A DNA stretch of 64,000 nucleotides from Polymyxa betae A26-41 (taxonomy: Eukaryota; Protista; Endomyxa: Phytomyxea), in the NCBI GenBank assembly GCA_003693705.1, contig RBZT01000781.1, forward strand, positions 62,001 through 126,000, written 5' to 3'. The notes under the pieces were generated by a model. It was given only the letters and a program-made list of their open reading frames with translations. It was not told the DNA's origin and searched no databases. Shown here piece after piece: positions 1 to 11,118 of this stretch. Both the position numbers and the translations under genes were made by a program. The stretch's first letter is position 1, and each line of letters starts with the position of its first letter.

Positions 1-1389
1 TAACGTTAATATCGGAAGCCATAACAAGATCATGTTCAGCTCTCGGACAACGCGATGGTATCACATTCATTTTTTTGTTTGAAAATCCCCAACAACATGA
101 AAATTGTCAAGGGCATTGTGGGAAATTCTGTCGCCTCACATTTTGAAAACATGTCGCGTCTCTGGCCGCAAATTGCTTTTCAGTAAAGTAACGCTTTGCA
201 CGCTTGCGACCTTGCGGGTGCCAAATGTCTCAGATTGCGTTTTTCACAGGCAGTCCACCTAACACGAGTTATGAACATTGAGATTACATACACTCAATAC
301 AGTATAATATATTATATCTAAAGATTCCTCCAACAATTCGAAACTCGAAATGTACCCGAATGTATTCTCAAAATCCATTCCTTGAGGCTAACTCGCCCAC
401 AAAAAACCCTTTATTGATAGAGTTGGGATTGTTTGGCAACGAGTTGTCAGTAACGACATCCCAGTCCAACAGAATGCAGGTCCAAATGAATTGTCATGGT
501 GAACCTCGCAAATGTTGCGGCGAAAACCAAAACCCTAACCCTGAAACAAAAGACTGTCGGTTTGCTGTGCACGAGCAGATCAAATTGTCCTGATTTCTAC
601 AACATTGCCAGTGTATTTGAGTTTGAGAGTTTTGGTGAAAAAACGGAGCCTACGGCCACGTTACAGTCGGCGGGATACCGTCACGAATCCGGGAATCGGA
701 CGGCCTGATTTTAGGAAAAATTTGGCAGTCAAAAAAGTAAAGCTGCGAAAAATTAAGCTGCGAGAATGACAACATTAGTTTTTGTTTTTGCAATTAGAAA
801 GGCTTGCAATATACGCAGGTTAAGAATGTTCGGATACTTTCAAATCCGGACAGCTTTCCAGAGTCGATGTTATGTGATGAACTGATGAACTTCTTCCAAA
901 GCACGACTGAGCAGTGGCTCTCCTATGGTGACTTTAGCTTCAAAGGACATCGTGTTGAGCCCAGATTAAGCACAGGAATAAACATCCAATTGTACGCATC
1001 CTTTTCCTTTCTGAATTTATGTATCTTTCTGGTGTACTGGTTTAAATTTTTCACAGCTCGAACCTATTTCCACATGGACTTAGAAAAATCACTCTATAGA
1101 ATGTTCCTGCGCATTCAGATTAAGAATAACTCGTGTGAGCTGACCATCAAAAAGCTCTGTGGATGTGACGCAAGAGAGTGCGTTCTGTCTGATTCTTTGT
1201 ATTGATTGTGCAGCCGAAGCCAGGCAAATGGGCCTAATCTGGTGCCGGCATGGCTGTCCAGTCGTCAACAACTGTGGCCGTGCCATGCCACGTAGAACGA
1301 AGGAGCATCTCCACGTTGGGATGAATGCTCGTTTATAATGTTAAATGAGAGAAGCTTGTTGTGAGCTCTTTGGGATTCATTCGATTTCG

Positions 1390-2592
1390 ATGAACATCGC
1401 CTACATTGTCGTCTTGCTGCTGGTCGGGCGGATGGCATCGGCGGCGGACCCACTGCCGACGATCGCGTCCGAAGATCTCGCTGCTCATTTCGAGCAGCAG
1501 CAGCCTGGTACTTCACAGCGAGTTCTTGTTCAGCTATATAACGGCAGCTCCGGTGTCAATCTGATCCTCCCCGTTACTCTATTGAAGGTCCCATCTAGAC
1601 AACTTCGTTTAAATGTTTAACATGCAATGCAGGGTTTGAATGGTGGCCCTCGTCTAGCGGTTACTGCAGCAATTCATGGGTAGCTGCGAATATCTGCAGT
1701 CAACCTTAAAGGAACTAAATAGCGTTTTTAGAGACGAAGTGACTGGCGTCGTGGTCCTCCAGAACTTCCTCGAGCAATTCGATATAGAGCAGCTTCGTGG
1801 TGATATTATCGTCATTCCAGGTCTAGAATCCTTAACCCTAAACTCTCCTGCTGATGACCGACAGTTTTGAATCCGTTCGGGTTCGCACGCTATCAGCGCG
1901 GCGGCTTCGCTGGCAAAGACTTGAACCGCTCATTTAGGGACGGGTCGTTGACTGGCGAGGAGAAGCACTACGCTGATCGATTGTTGCAAATGCTGAAGTC
2001 GTGCGATCTCGGTTATCATGTTGATTTTCATACGGCCACGACCAACAACGACAACTCGTTCTATGTCCGAGCCGATCTCAGCTCGCCCGTCGCTCAAGAC
2101 ATGGCCCGGGTCGTACAGCCTCAGATCATTCTCAACGCAACTGGGCCGGGAGACTCGCTACGCCAGGCGATGACGGCGTCCGGCGTCCATGCCATCACCG
2201 TCGAAATGGGTGGCCCGATCAAGGTCAACGACGAGTTCGTTAGGGGGGGCGTCAAGTCCTTATCGAATGTGTTACGATATCTGCAAATGATCGACAATGT
2301 ATTGCTGGAGAATGATGTCCACCATGAGCCGGTCGTCTGCTCGTCCTCAAAATGGATATGCACAAGTTACAGCGGGCTGGTCTTCGAAAAGGTCAACATC
2401 CTGGACAATGTTAAAGCAGGCGACGTCGTGGCGGAGATCAAGACGATGTTTGGCGAATCGGTGCTAAATCTCACTGTCCCGTTCGACGGTATCGTTATCG
2501 GTAAGACCGATCGTCTACCGGTCCAATACGGCGCCCGAATCGTCCACGTCGGAAAGGTTGAGCGGCATGATACCGACTCTACATCTAAGTGA
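1390..2592 (+). CDS. Secreted succinylglutamate desuccinylase/aspartoacylase (AstE/AspA, M14-like zinc hydrolase), 4 exons
   Basis: Signal peptide MNIAYIVVLLLVGRMASA. Splicing three GT-AG introns gives AAIHGDEVTG (HxxE), NPFG, DLNRSF, VDFHTA and ITVEMGG, plus a C-terminal barrel-sandwich-like VKAGDVVAEI...PFDGIVIG. Confidence 0.88.
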
Positions 2593-3011
2593 ATCTTCTA
2601 ATATCCAGAACGATTCTTCCAACAAACATCAAAATATCTTGTTTGTATTCTTAAGATTCCCTAATGTCTCTGATTGAAACAAATAAGTCAATCACAGCTT
2701 ATGTTTTTTACTGTTCCGTATAATATTACTCGTGATAATAATAAAGCGTAGAATCAAGGACTTCCAGGCGAGATGCTGGCCTGGTTGGTAATGTTTTAAT
2801 CTTGTTTGAAGCTAGCACCAGCTCCCAGTGCAATATTTGCTTTAAATTCATAGTCGTAAAATTAAAAACTATTCATCAGAATGATGGAAAACCTGTTTCT
2901 TACACTTCGCTTCCATTCAGGTCTATGTATGTTGTGAGTCGTTGGTGCTAAATGCCTGAGCATCCATTCTGTGAACTGTTTTTTTGGATAAGACCATCTC
3001 GTTTTCATCTA

Positions 3012-3154
3012 AGAGCCACAAAACAGGTGTTTTAGACATAAGAATCTAATTGTCGTTCTATAGCCACAAAAAAAGATGTGTTCGACAGGATCCCAATTAG
3101 GTAATCTACGTAGTTGTTGTATAGCCACAAAAAAAGATGTGTTCGACGGGATTC
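3012..3154. repeat. Three decaying tandem copies of the tRNA-Leu 3' end plus terminator (about 50-61 bp period)
   Basis: 28-bp exact match tatagccacaaaaaaagatgtgttcgac at 3059-3086 and 3120-3147; degenerate third copy agccacaaaacaggtgttttagac starting at 3014. Confidence 0.9.
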
Positions 3155-3222
3155 GAACCCGCGCCCCGCGAACGAGACTAGCGCCTTAAGCTAGCGCATT
3201 GGACCAACTCGGCCACAAACAC
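3138..3222 (-). tRNA. tRNA-Leu (anticodon AAG)
   Basis: Minus strand GTGTTTG...CGAACACA acceptor stem, D-arm TGGCCGAGTTGGT, anticodon stem CTAGC-TTAAGGC-GCTAG, long variable arm, T-arm GGTTCGAATCC, followed by a T7 Pol III terminator. Confidence 0.96.
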
Positions 3223-3314
3223 ATTCCTGGTATTAACGGCATCATTGATGTTCACACAGAGTGCAATAACATTCAATGAATTAGTGAAGCAGAAAAGCTC
3301 GTATATTTTCAGTC

Positions 3315-4170
3315 ATGGCCCCAACGATGAGTTTGCAACCCAGAATGTCTGATTATACTGTTGGAGTCCCTTCGGCATTGGGGGATGTCACGATCATTCG
3401 CGTTCCTGCAGATGATGGAACATTGACTGTCTTTCGAGTACACCGCTTAATTCTAGCTTTAGCTTCCGATTATTTCGCAGCCTTGTTTACCAGGGACAAT
3501 TGGGCAGAAAATCAAGCCAAAGAACTTGACAACGTCAGTTCTGTCATCGAGCTCCCACATCAGGACCCAGGAGAATTTCGCGAATTTCTCGATTTCTGCT
3601 ATCCCAATATCCGAGTGTGTGTAAACCAGTCGAATATCTCAGGCTTATTGCGAGCCTGTGATAGATATTTGTGCCCAAGCTTGAAGGAAGAATGTGCCGA
3701 GGTCCTCAATCGAATGCCAGTCAGCTACCAGGTCTTGGGGCTTTCATACGAATACGGGTTTGAAAAAGTCTGCCAGAAATCGATCGAATGGTGTCTTAGG
3801 CAGCCAGACCTAATGTGGAATGAGGAGTAATTTGCAGAATATTCTTTTGGCATAGCTGACGTTGTTTAGGTTCATGCAAGTAGATGTTGCCTTGCAAAAT
3901 TACATCCTGCGGATGGCACTCGTACAAGATCAGGCGAAGTCCAGTCCACAAAGCTGCCCTGAATGCAAGAAGTATGCAATTGGTGTGATAGCGATGGTTA
4001 GGACCCAGCCCATATACGATCCCAAGCATAGGAGTTGTTTGGTCAATCTACTGCCGAAGCTGAGGAGACTTCTGCCATTCAGCTTACAGATGGTCAGCCA
4101 ATTCAGGATACCACTTAATAGCAGAACGAACAAAAACCCAAAACCGCCACAAGACCATTCTGAAATCTGA
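3315..4170 (+). CDS. BTB/POZ domain protein, 2 exons
   Basis: DVTI...FRVHRLILALASDYFAALF...IELPHQDPGEFREFLDFCY BTB signature; one GT-AG intron at about 3827-3869 joins the two ORFs. Confidence 0.88.
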
Positions 4171-4413
4171 ATGGGATGCTGTAAAAATCAATAAATTTAG
4201 CATTCATTATAAGCAAATAGAAACCAGCACTGTTGATGAGAAGGCTGTTTGGCGATCTTTGTAAAAAACACTCTAGATTGCAAAGTTCGTGTTTATGCTA
4301 CCCAAGGGTACATATGGAGAGTGAGAGCAATTAGACCGACCCAACAGCCGACCTCTGTGCTGTCTGCTTTGATGTGAAATTTGAAATCCAGAAAAGACTC
4401 CAATCTCGAAATC

Positions 4414-5138
4414 ATGTCAGAGGCCGCGCTTTCCTATGATCAGTCTCTATATGATCTCATCTGTTTTAACCGGCAGCTCATCAGGAGGGCAATTGTCGTC
4501 TGATTATGCATCCATTTTTAACAAGACAGCGGATCCCTCGATCATTTGAGATGACAGTTACGCTTCTGAACGGCAGGCGGCGTCGCCTTGTCGCTAAATC
4601 TATCTATTTAAAGCGGAAAAACGCCTTATCTGCATCCGAATCTCGACAAGTGTCAAAATCGGAGCCAGTGACATCATCGGCAACGACATTCAAATTAGAA
4701 GAGGAGAAGGCTAAACTTGAGAAACTCGAATCATTGCTCCATGAGCGACTTCAGAAAAAGCATGAACAATTCACAATGCTTAAGCAGGTCTTGCAAGTCC
4801 AGAAAGTCATGGCTGCTGTAAATCAGAATGTTTCCAGTCCTGTCGCTCCTAGCTCTACCAATCCCATCTCTGGAAGTCCAAAGCCAGAAGCCAACATCGT
4901 TCCTGATGTTCCTGCCTCAGAAGAAATAAGAACACCGTCCTCGCCAGGGCCTCCGCCTCGACATTATTTGATGCAAGGCACATCGGGAAGACCGCCTGTG
5001 AGAAACCATTTTCCTTATCGGGATCGAGAACGGGGAGGGCGATGGCGTCCTGGGTTCACAGACAACTTCCGCCATTCTGGGCCTCGACGTTTCAGGGATG
5101 CTCCATTCGGGAAAGGAATCAGGAAAAGGTCTTGGTAA
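4414..5138 (+). CDS. Coiled-coil protein resembling GPS2 (G-protein pathway suppressor), with Pro/Arg-rich tail; 5' exon structure uncertain
   Basis: KLEKLESLLHERLQKKHEQFTMLKQVL resembles the GPS2 KHQLFLQLKKVL motif (from memory); ATG at 4414 needs an intron to join ORF 4506-5138. Confidence 0.45.
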
Positions 5139-5268
5139 CTAATTGGGCGCATCGTATCTATTGAGCTAATTTATTGTTTTGATATTTTAGTAATCTATTT
5201 ATTCTTTATCGCAAATCAGTATTTTTCTCCCAAATAGTGATGTAGATTTGTTTTTGGTTTTACTTGTG

Positions 5269-5290
5269 TGAGTCACCGTCGGGTATAAAA
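5269..5290 (+). promoter_or_regulatory. TGAGTCA (AP-1/GCN4-type site) plus TATA box
   Basis: TGAGTCA at 5269-5275 and TATAAAA at 5284-5290, about 70-90 bp upstream of ATG 5358. Confidence 0.5.
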
Positions 5291-5357
5291 AGAACATTCC
5301 GGCAATTCATTGAATCAATTTCATGCTGATCTGGTTCATTTTCCTTCCACTTTCGCG

Positions 5358-5840
5358 ATGGCTGCATTGAACGAATTGGTGCTCGTTGCTCTTCTGATCA
5401 TCAGTTTGGCTGAATCCAGCGATACTGAACATGGTCATGATCATGACCACCATTTTTCCATCGATCATGATATCGAAAATGGAAATCTCATCAACAATGT
5501 TGTTGGTACCGACAATTCCAATTCGTTGAATGCCGCTTCGACAGCGAAAAGCGGATCCCAAACTGGTCAAGAATTACATGCGTTTAGCGGTAAAGATACG
5601 CCAGATGGCATCCCTGGCATAGGGGACTTGAACCTACTTGGTGATTTGGGAGTAATGCCAACAGTTAGCGCCGTTGCATCGACATCTTGGACGACTTCTG
5701 GCTCTAGTTCTTCTACAACGACGTCTTCGTCCAACAACAGCAAAAATGAACTTGTCCACGACGACGCTATCGACAAGGAGACCAAAGACGGCATCGACGC
5801 TGGACACCACTCCGATCATCATGGACATCATCACCGGTGA
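5358..5840 (+). CDS. Secreted His-rich, Ser/Thr-rich protein
   Basis: Signal peptide MAALNELVLVALLIISLAES; His tracts EHGHDHDHH and GHHSDHHGHHHR; central S/T run. Confidence 0.7.
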   Translation: MAALNELVLVALLIISLAESSDTEHGHDHDHHFSIDHDIENGNLINNVVGTDNSNSLNAASTAKSGSQTGQELHAFSGKDTPDGIPGIGDLNLLGDLGVMPTVSAVASTSWTTSGSSSSTTTSSSNNSKNELVHDDAIDKETKDGIDAGHHSDHHGHHHR

Positions 5841-6178
5841 ACAGCAGAAGAGTTCTGGAAGTTTGTAGTCCTGCTACTGCCACCCAAGCTACACCAGGTG
5901 GTTCATCACCAGCGCCCCTTCGCCCTAACAGGGCAGCATGTCGTCAGGTGCAGCTTGGGCTCTCGTCCACCAGTCGCCAGCATGGCGCCAGAATCCTCAA
6001 TAAACAGAATGTTTCCACGCAAGGTCATATTATAACTAGCATTGGAGAAGGCATGTCAATAGATCAGTATCACCCCAAAAGCAAACCCCATTACCCCAGA
6101 ATCCCTGTAACGAGTCTCATGTGGTCCACTCCTAAAATCAATCTGCTTATCTTCATTCAGATAAAGCTTCCAGTGACT

Positions 6179-7223
6179 ATGAAGGTCGAACTCGCCGCCA
6201 TCGTTCTGGCAGCTATCATCTCCATCGTCATATTGCTTCTATTCTGTTGCCTTCAGCGCTATACCAATCAATGCGGGGATCGCCGGCGACCCCATGGTAT
6301 TCGATCCAATCATCCAAAAGCGAGCGATTTAGCGTGTGTTTCCCAGCATTGCAATTCGATGATGATCAATCACGAAAACATCTGCTTGAGGAAGGCGAAG
6401 ATGAACCACCGAACCAACGTACGCCTAGCCAGAAGCGTCCTCTCCCTCAAAATCGCTATTTCGTTCTGGGAGGACATCGATTTGAGGCTACTGCTAGTGG
6501 ATACAGGCAAATAGACGATGAAGCGTCCTATGACTTGAGTGAAGCTCAAAAACTGACTTTAAATGCCGATGACTCTCATGCGAATGCGGTTTTGAATAAC
6601 GAGGATATGATCGGTTCTGATCAGAACCCAAAACCTCGAAAGACTCGCCATCCATTGGCAGTTCAGTTTTCTGCAATGGCACATGCTGCCGAAGCTGAAG
6701 CTGAAAGTTCAATTGTCATCGAGCCAAATGCTTCACGACAATTTATGCACGATACCAAGCCAAGGTTGTTGTTTATATTTTAACCAGCTGTGCTTTTGAT
6801 TTTTTTCGTTTTAAGCATTAGTATGTGAATTGAGTTTAGAGTGATTGAGTTTCAAAATCATATTTGTTTGGATTCAGTCAGACCATTGCTTATGGAATTA
6901 ACAGTGATAATTACGTCTGGCCCTCCAAAGGTGGTCCAGCTACACCGATTCATGTAGAATGGAGTGGTAACACACAAATACCAGCTGCAAAACAAATGGA
7001 TTTCAAGGTTTCGGAAGAACAGATTGTCAACAAGGACGAAGCGGACCTCGACGCGTCCGTCAATGAATCAATGGCAGAGGATATCGCACCTAAGGAAGAG
7101 ACGGGAGAAAGTCAAGAGCAGCTCGTAAAAACCGATCAGCAAATTGTTCCCAAACCGAAATCAAAGAAAGGGAAGAAGAAGCAACAACAGCAACAGCAAC
7201 AAGAAGAGCAAGTAGAGTCCTAG
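6179..7223 (+). CDS. Single-pass membrane protein with disordered acidic tail, 3 exons
   Basis: N-terminal TM LAAIVLAAIISIVILLLFCC; GT-AG introns near 6297-6346 and 6764-6877 join ORFs 6247-6783 and 6864-7223; K-rich and polyQ C-terminus. Confidence 0.6.
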
Positions 7224-7424
7224 ACGAGCCTTTCGGCTTTACAGGCAGTATATTGCCCAACTTGACGTAATGGCTAAAAGAATGCTTCACTGAAGCGCTC
7301 TGCCGCCACTGAATTTACTATGTATAAAGTCGATCGGTTTTTGATGATCTTTACATGTGAATCGGCGAAAAGCGAATTAAGTTCAGTGTAGAGCTGTGAT
7401 CGATCATTCGCGTATTAGGTGTAT

Positions 7425-7979
7425 TTAAATGAAAATGGCCAAAGCCATCAGCATTAACAGCATAAACGCACCAGGCTGGCTTGCTAATGCACCAGAAACC
7501 GTCTTCGCGGGCGCCGGTGTCGCCGTTTGCGAGTTCAAGTTGATTAGGCATTTATGCTCAGCAGGACTGCAAATGACGCCCTTCACGCCGCTATTTGCGA
7601 CAACAGTTTCACAATCTTTATCTGCAATGCAGATGATGTCGGGATTCAGGAATCTCCCAGCTTGCTCTTGAGGTTGGAATTCCCATCCACAATAGCCCCA
7701 TTGCGAGCAGAACAGCTGACGGTTCTGGTTGTCAGGAGGGCATTGGACGCCCCCATACCAAGGCCCACAACGAGCTGGTTGGTAGGTGATATTTACTGGC
7801 TGGGAAGTCGCAGGCATTGTTGGAGCATAGGAGGGAGCAGCAGTCTGAGAGGCGGCGGGAGCCGGTGCTGTTTGAGGGCTGCTTGGAGCGACGTCAAGAT
7901 GGGCGACGAAAACGTCTTGCTGGGTTTGCGACAAACATAGAATCGGGGCCGCTAAGCTGAATATTAACAGGAATTTCAT
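7425..7979 (-). CDS. GPI-anchored chitin-binding (CBM18/hevein-like) surface protein
   Basis: Signal peptide; P/A/T linker; CGPWYGGVQCP...CSQWGYCG hevein motif; second Cys module (CIADKDC...CSPAEHKC); hydrophobic C-terminal GPI-like signal; intronless. Confidence 0.82.
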   Translation of the reverse strand: MKFLLIFSLAAPILCLSQTQQDVFVAHLDVAPSSPQTAPAPAASQTAAPSYAPTMPATSQPVNITYQPARCGPWYGGVQCPPDNQNRQLFCSQWGYCGWEFQPQEQAGRFLNPDIICIADKDCETVVANSGVKGVICSPAEHKCLINLNSQTATPAPAKTVSGALASQPGAFMLLMLMALAIFI

Positions 7980-8040
7980 TCGTTAGATTACCTTCAAAAA
8001 TAATTATTGGATTAGTTTGAGCTTTTTCGCAGGATTAAGA

Positions 8041-8077
8041 TCATGAGTCAGCACTCATGACGAAGTGAGTACTCACT
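8041..8077. promoter_or_regulatory. Palindromic TGAGT/ACTCA cluster upstream of the CBM18 gene
   Basis: Inverted repeat TCATGAGT-cagc-ACTCATGA (8041-8060, contains TGAGTCA) and perfect 14-bp palindrome AGTGAGTACTCACT (8064-8077). Confidence 0.5.
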
Positions 8078-8222
8078 GAGCTATCTGTCAATCAATCCAG
8101 TTTCGGTGGATACAAATGATAGAAATGGGACTATCTGGAAACCGGAAACGGTTCCAAAAAAATCAAAATTCAATCGGATTATAAAAGATCGGAAAGTAAA
8201 TGTCGGAACTCAACTCGGTGAT

Positions 8223-9400
8223 TTATTTGGTAGCCTCGCGAATCGCTTTATTGATGAGGTGTGCAATGATGTCCCAGCCATTATGATATTCAGGATGTTT
8301 CCGAAGGTCTTCGAAATCTGGATGAGTTTTTAGGTAGTTGATGGTGCCTTCTACTATTAAGGCGGCAGTTATTGGTGCACAGCGTGACGATTCTGGTTGC
8401 ATTGGTTTACCAAACTTGCTCACTCGGCAGCGACCATTCGATGATAGTTGAAGCATCATCAACGAGCGACGGGCAAGTTGCCTTATTGCTCATGAAGGAT
8501 CTTGCCCGCGAGGTAAGCGTTGGAAGCCTTTTCTACATCTAAATGGAGCATACGATTAATGCCTTTCATATCACTACGTGCATCCTTATCACGAGCTTTC
8601 TCTCCTATCAGTCGTTTGCCTCTATACAGAGATGAGAGGGAACAGCTCAGCTTGACGATGAACATGCTGGAAGCACTGCCAAGACGGGGGCGGAAAGCAT
8701 TCCAACGTCAGAGCATCGGGACGAGATGGAAACCTACATCAGCATGAAGCAGTCCTTGAACTAACCAAACGACGGCTTTGGTCATCTGCCAGGTACGGCC
8801 AAACCCCGAAAGACTTCGAGATTCTCTTTTTGTCGTTGCCCAGAGGACAATGCGGTAAGAAGGTTCATGCGGGCGATTTCGAAGCATCCCCCAAAGGCAT
8901 CGAGACTTGACGGGGTCAAGTATATCGTTTATCAGAACGATTTCGGATTGTTCTGTTGTAGTCACGACTTGTTCGACGCTTCTCTGGGAATAAAATCCCA
9001 TAAACTGGTTCTGATTGGAGAGTCGTCTGGTAGTGAATTTGAGCATCTACCATGACGGAAACGAGCTGATCTGCCAGAGCTGAATACGAACCAGCTTACA
9101 TGAAGTAAACCGACAACTAGCAATGCTTTCGCCAGGCTTTGAGGTTGCTTCCAGGTCCTATGAATATTGCGGTAATTCGTAAAACATCTCAATACAAAGA
9201 TAATGGAAAACGCAAAGCGAGAAAGTTGATGGAGCGAGGTCGGGTTAGCCGGGTGTTATAAAACCTCGTCCGTTATGAGGTCCGCTTGAAATATGGCAAG
9301 ATAGCGTCTCAAAGCTCAAAGAATGGATGCAGACTTTTGCCAATGTTATCGAGCTCCTTCGGTAAGCGCGTTCTGGACTCAGAAGCGAAGTTGAGCAATG
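8223..9400 (-). pseudogene. Probable frameshifted or decayed spliced gene of unknown family
   Basis: Protein-like fragments (...KILHEQ / IRQLARRSLMMLQLS...EGTINYLKTHPDFEDLRKHPEYHNGWDIIAHLINKAIREATK*) join only with a 1-nt indel near 8485; intron-like GT...AG segments; no clean full frame. Confidence 0.35.
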
Positions 9401-9541
9401 TACACAGCCAGGAGCAAAATATATAAGACAAAGAAGGGAGATTCTCCTCCAATATTATTTAACACATTATAATCAAGGGGTCATATAACCGATTCTCCAT
9501 AGGTCGTTGATGAATGAAATTTGGTTAAGCAGCAGAACATC

Positions 9542-10438
9542 TTAAATAAAGGAGCGATAACTTCTGTGTGCCGGATCGATGAACGTGCAATCGGGGCAAT
9601 CGCAGCTTATCTGCCTGTTCTCATAGCGGACGTCTTCTGGCGGCATCTCAAAACTCCATAATGCTTCCATTAGCTTTGACATCGCATCGTCTAGCGTCTG
9701 CATCATGGCTGAGATGCTCTCAGGATCCGATTCGGAGGCATCATCATCGCCCCTTCGAGTTGATTGCACTGCATCAGAAACGTCGTCGCCATTCTCGAAA
9801 GTCGCTTGCAATACAGCGTCGTGCAAAGCAGTCGCTTGAACCTCACTCTTTAAGCGTCTGCCATTCGTAGAAAGCGCCTTCCCTGTCTCTGATACTTTCC
9901 CTTTCACACTCTGTGCTATACCAGTTATCATAGCTTGCATCTTCTCTGCCACAGTTTGCCGAATGGCAATAGCGAACGCCTCCTGAATGGCGCTAGATAG
10001 CGTCGCTTGCATCGAGTCGGGCATCTCCTGGTTGTTGAAGATCGCTTGCATGCTTGATATCACGTCCTTACTGGTAGACAAATCCTGGGCCATGTCTGAT
10101 CTATCGTTAGCAGAATGGGGTGATTGCGAAGGGGATCCCTCTCTGCTCTGTTGTTGCAGCTCGGGTTCCGGTGCCCCTTCGCGAAGCTTATGCGACGACG
10201 TGGCCTTCAACCCTTTCAGAAAAGCATCGCTATCTTTCAGCAAGCCTCGGAAGCTGGCCGATATTTCAGCCATCGACTCTCGCATCTCGGCTATCTGCGA
10301 CGACAAAGAAGACAGAGACGAAATAGGCGGTGTAGAGTCATCGGAAGCGCCAGCCTCTGATGTGGTGATCTCAGGAAGCTCCGGATGTGATGTCTCGGCA
10401 GGCATGACCTCGACCGAATCGCATGCAGAGGGCGCCAT
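9542..10438 (-). CDS. Hypothetical intronless helical protein with C-terminal CxCxxC
   Basis: 298-aa ATG ORF, acidic/Ser-rich with amphipathic helices, ends SCDCPDCTF. Confidence 0.7.
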   Translation of the reverse strand: MAPSACDSVEVMPAETSHPELPEITTSEAGASDDSTPPISSLSSLSSQIAEMRESMAEISASFRGLLKDSDAFLKGLKATSSHKLREGAPEPELQQQSREGSPSQSPHSANDRSDMAQDLSTSKDVISSMQAIFNNQEMPDSMQATLSSAIQEAFAIAIRQTVAEKMQAMITGIAQSVKGKVSETGKALSTNGRRLKSEVQATALHDAVLQATFENGDDVSDAVQSTRRGDDDASESDPESISAMMQTLDDAMSKLMEALWSFEMPPEDVRYENRQISCDCPDCTFIDPAHRSYRSFI

Positions 10439-10520
10439 CTCACTCTCGCAATCCGATTAATTCTCCCAACTCCGAAATGGCCTGTCTTGGCGAATATTCA
10501 GATTCCTAGTGAATATCAAT

Positions 10521-10630
10521 ATCGTTATAAATATGAAATTTCAGATATTGTAACATAAAACTGAAAATTGACATCGTTAATTATGAGTTTTCAGATGCTG
10601 TAACATAAAACTGAAAAATAAAATCGTTTT
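10521..10630. repeat. AT-rich tandem repeat, about 2.2 x 51 bp
   Basis: Units start with atcgtt at 10521, 10573 and 10623; shared core tttcagat..tgtaacataaaactgaaaa. Confidence 0.85.
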
Positions 10631-11118
10631 AAAATTTGAATTGGTCAACAGAGCGAAATACCATTAGGTTGAATAATTGAAGTATTGATAGTAAAGATTT
10701 ATGAACGTGATGCAGCTGTTTGTGGGCCGGATCGACACGTTTGACAGAATGGCAGCTATCAATCGTCAGCTTCGTGATCGCCCATTCCCTTTAGGAACTG
10801 GAGATCGAGGAATTAATGCATCAACTGCAATATCATAGTCTGCATTGATCATTCGTGTACAATACCAGCTTGCATTCACTCTGCTATGTCGTTGATTTGA
10901 GGTGACGCTGTTGCATTTCAGTTCTTGATGTTTGTTAACACGAAGAGTCGTAACTCCCAACCCAGATATGGCTGCGATCACAAATAGAAGAGTCATATAC
11001 TGGTGGCCATTTGAACAGTATTATGGAGCATTCAACGAATGTGTCGAGACTTCACGCTTCCATTCGCGTTTAAAGCGGGATCGAAAATTGCGAACGCGCA
11101 TTCATTCCAACTCAAACG

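Noticed and set aside
1-1300. Short ORFs and a possible truncated gene 3' end at the window edge
   Set aside because: Frames are ambiguous, with no motifs and no transposase or terminal-repeat signature.
3012-3154. Repeat-spacer appearance suggesting CRISPR
   Set aside because: The repeats derive from the tRNA end, the spacers are related to each other, the context is eukaryotic and there are no cas genes.
5838-9300. In-frame TGA codons hinting at stop-codon reassignment or selenocysteine
   Set aside because: TGA terminates well-conserved genes here (DDX3, YIF1, ATP9) and no conserved domain needs TGA read-through.
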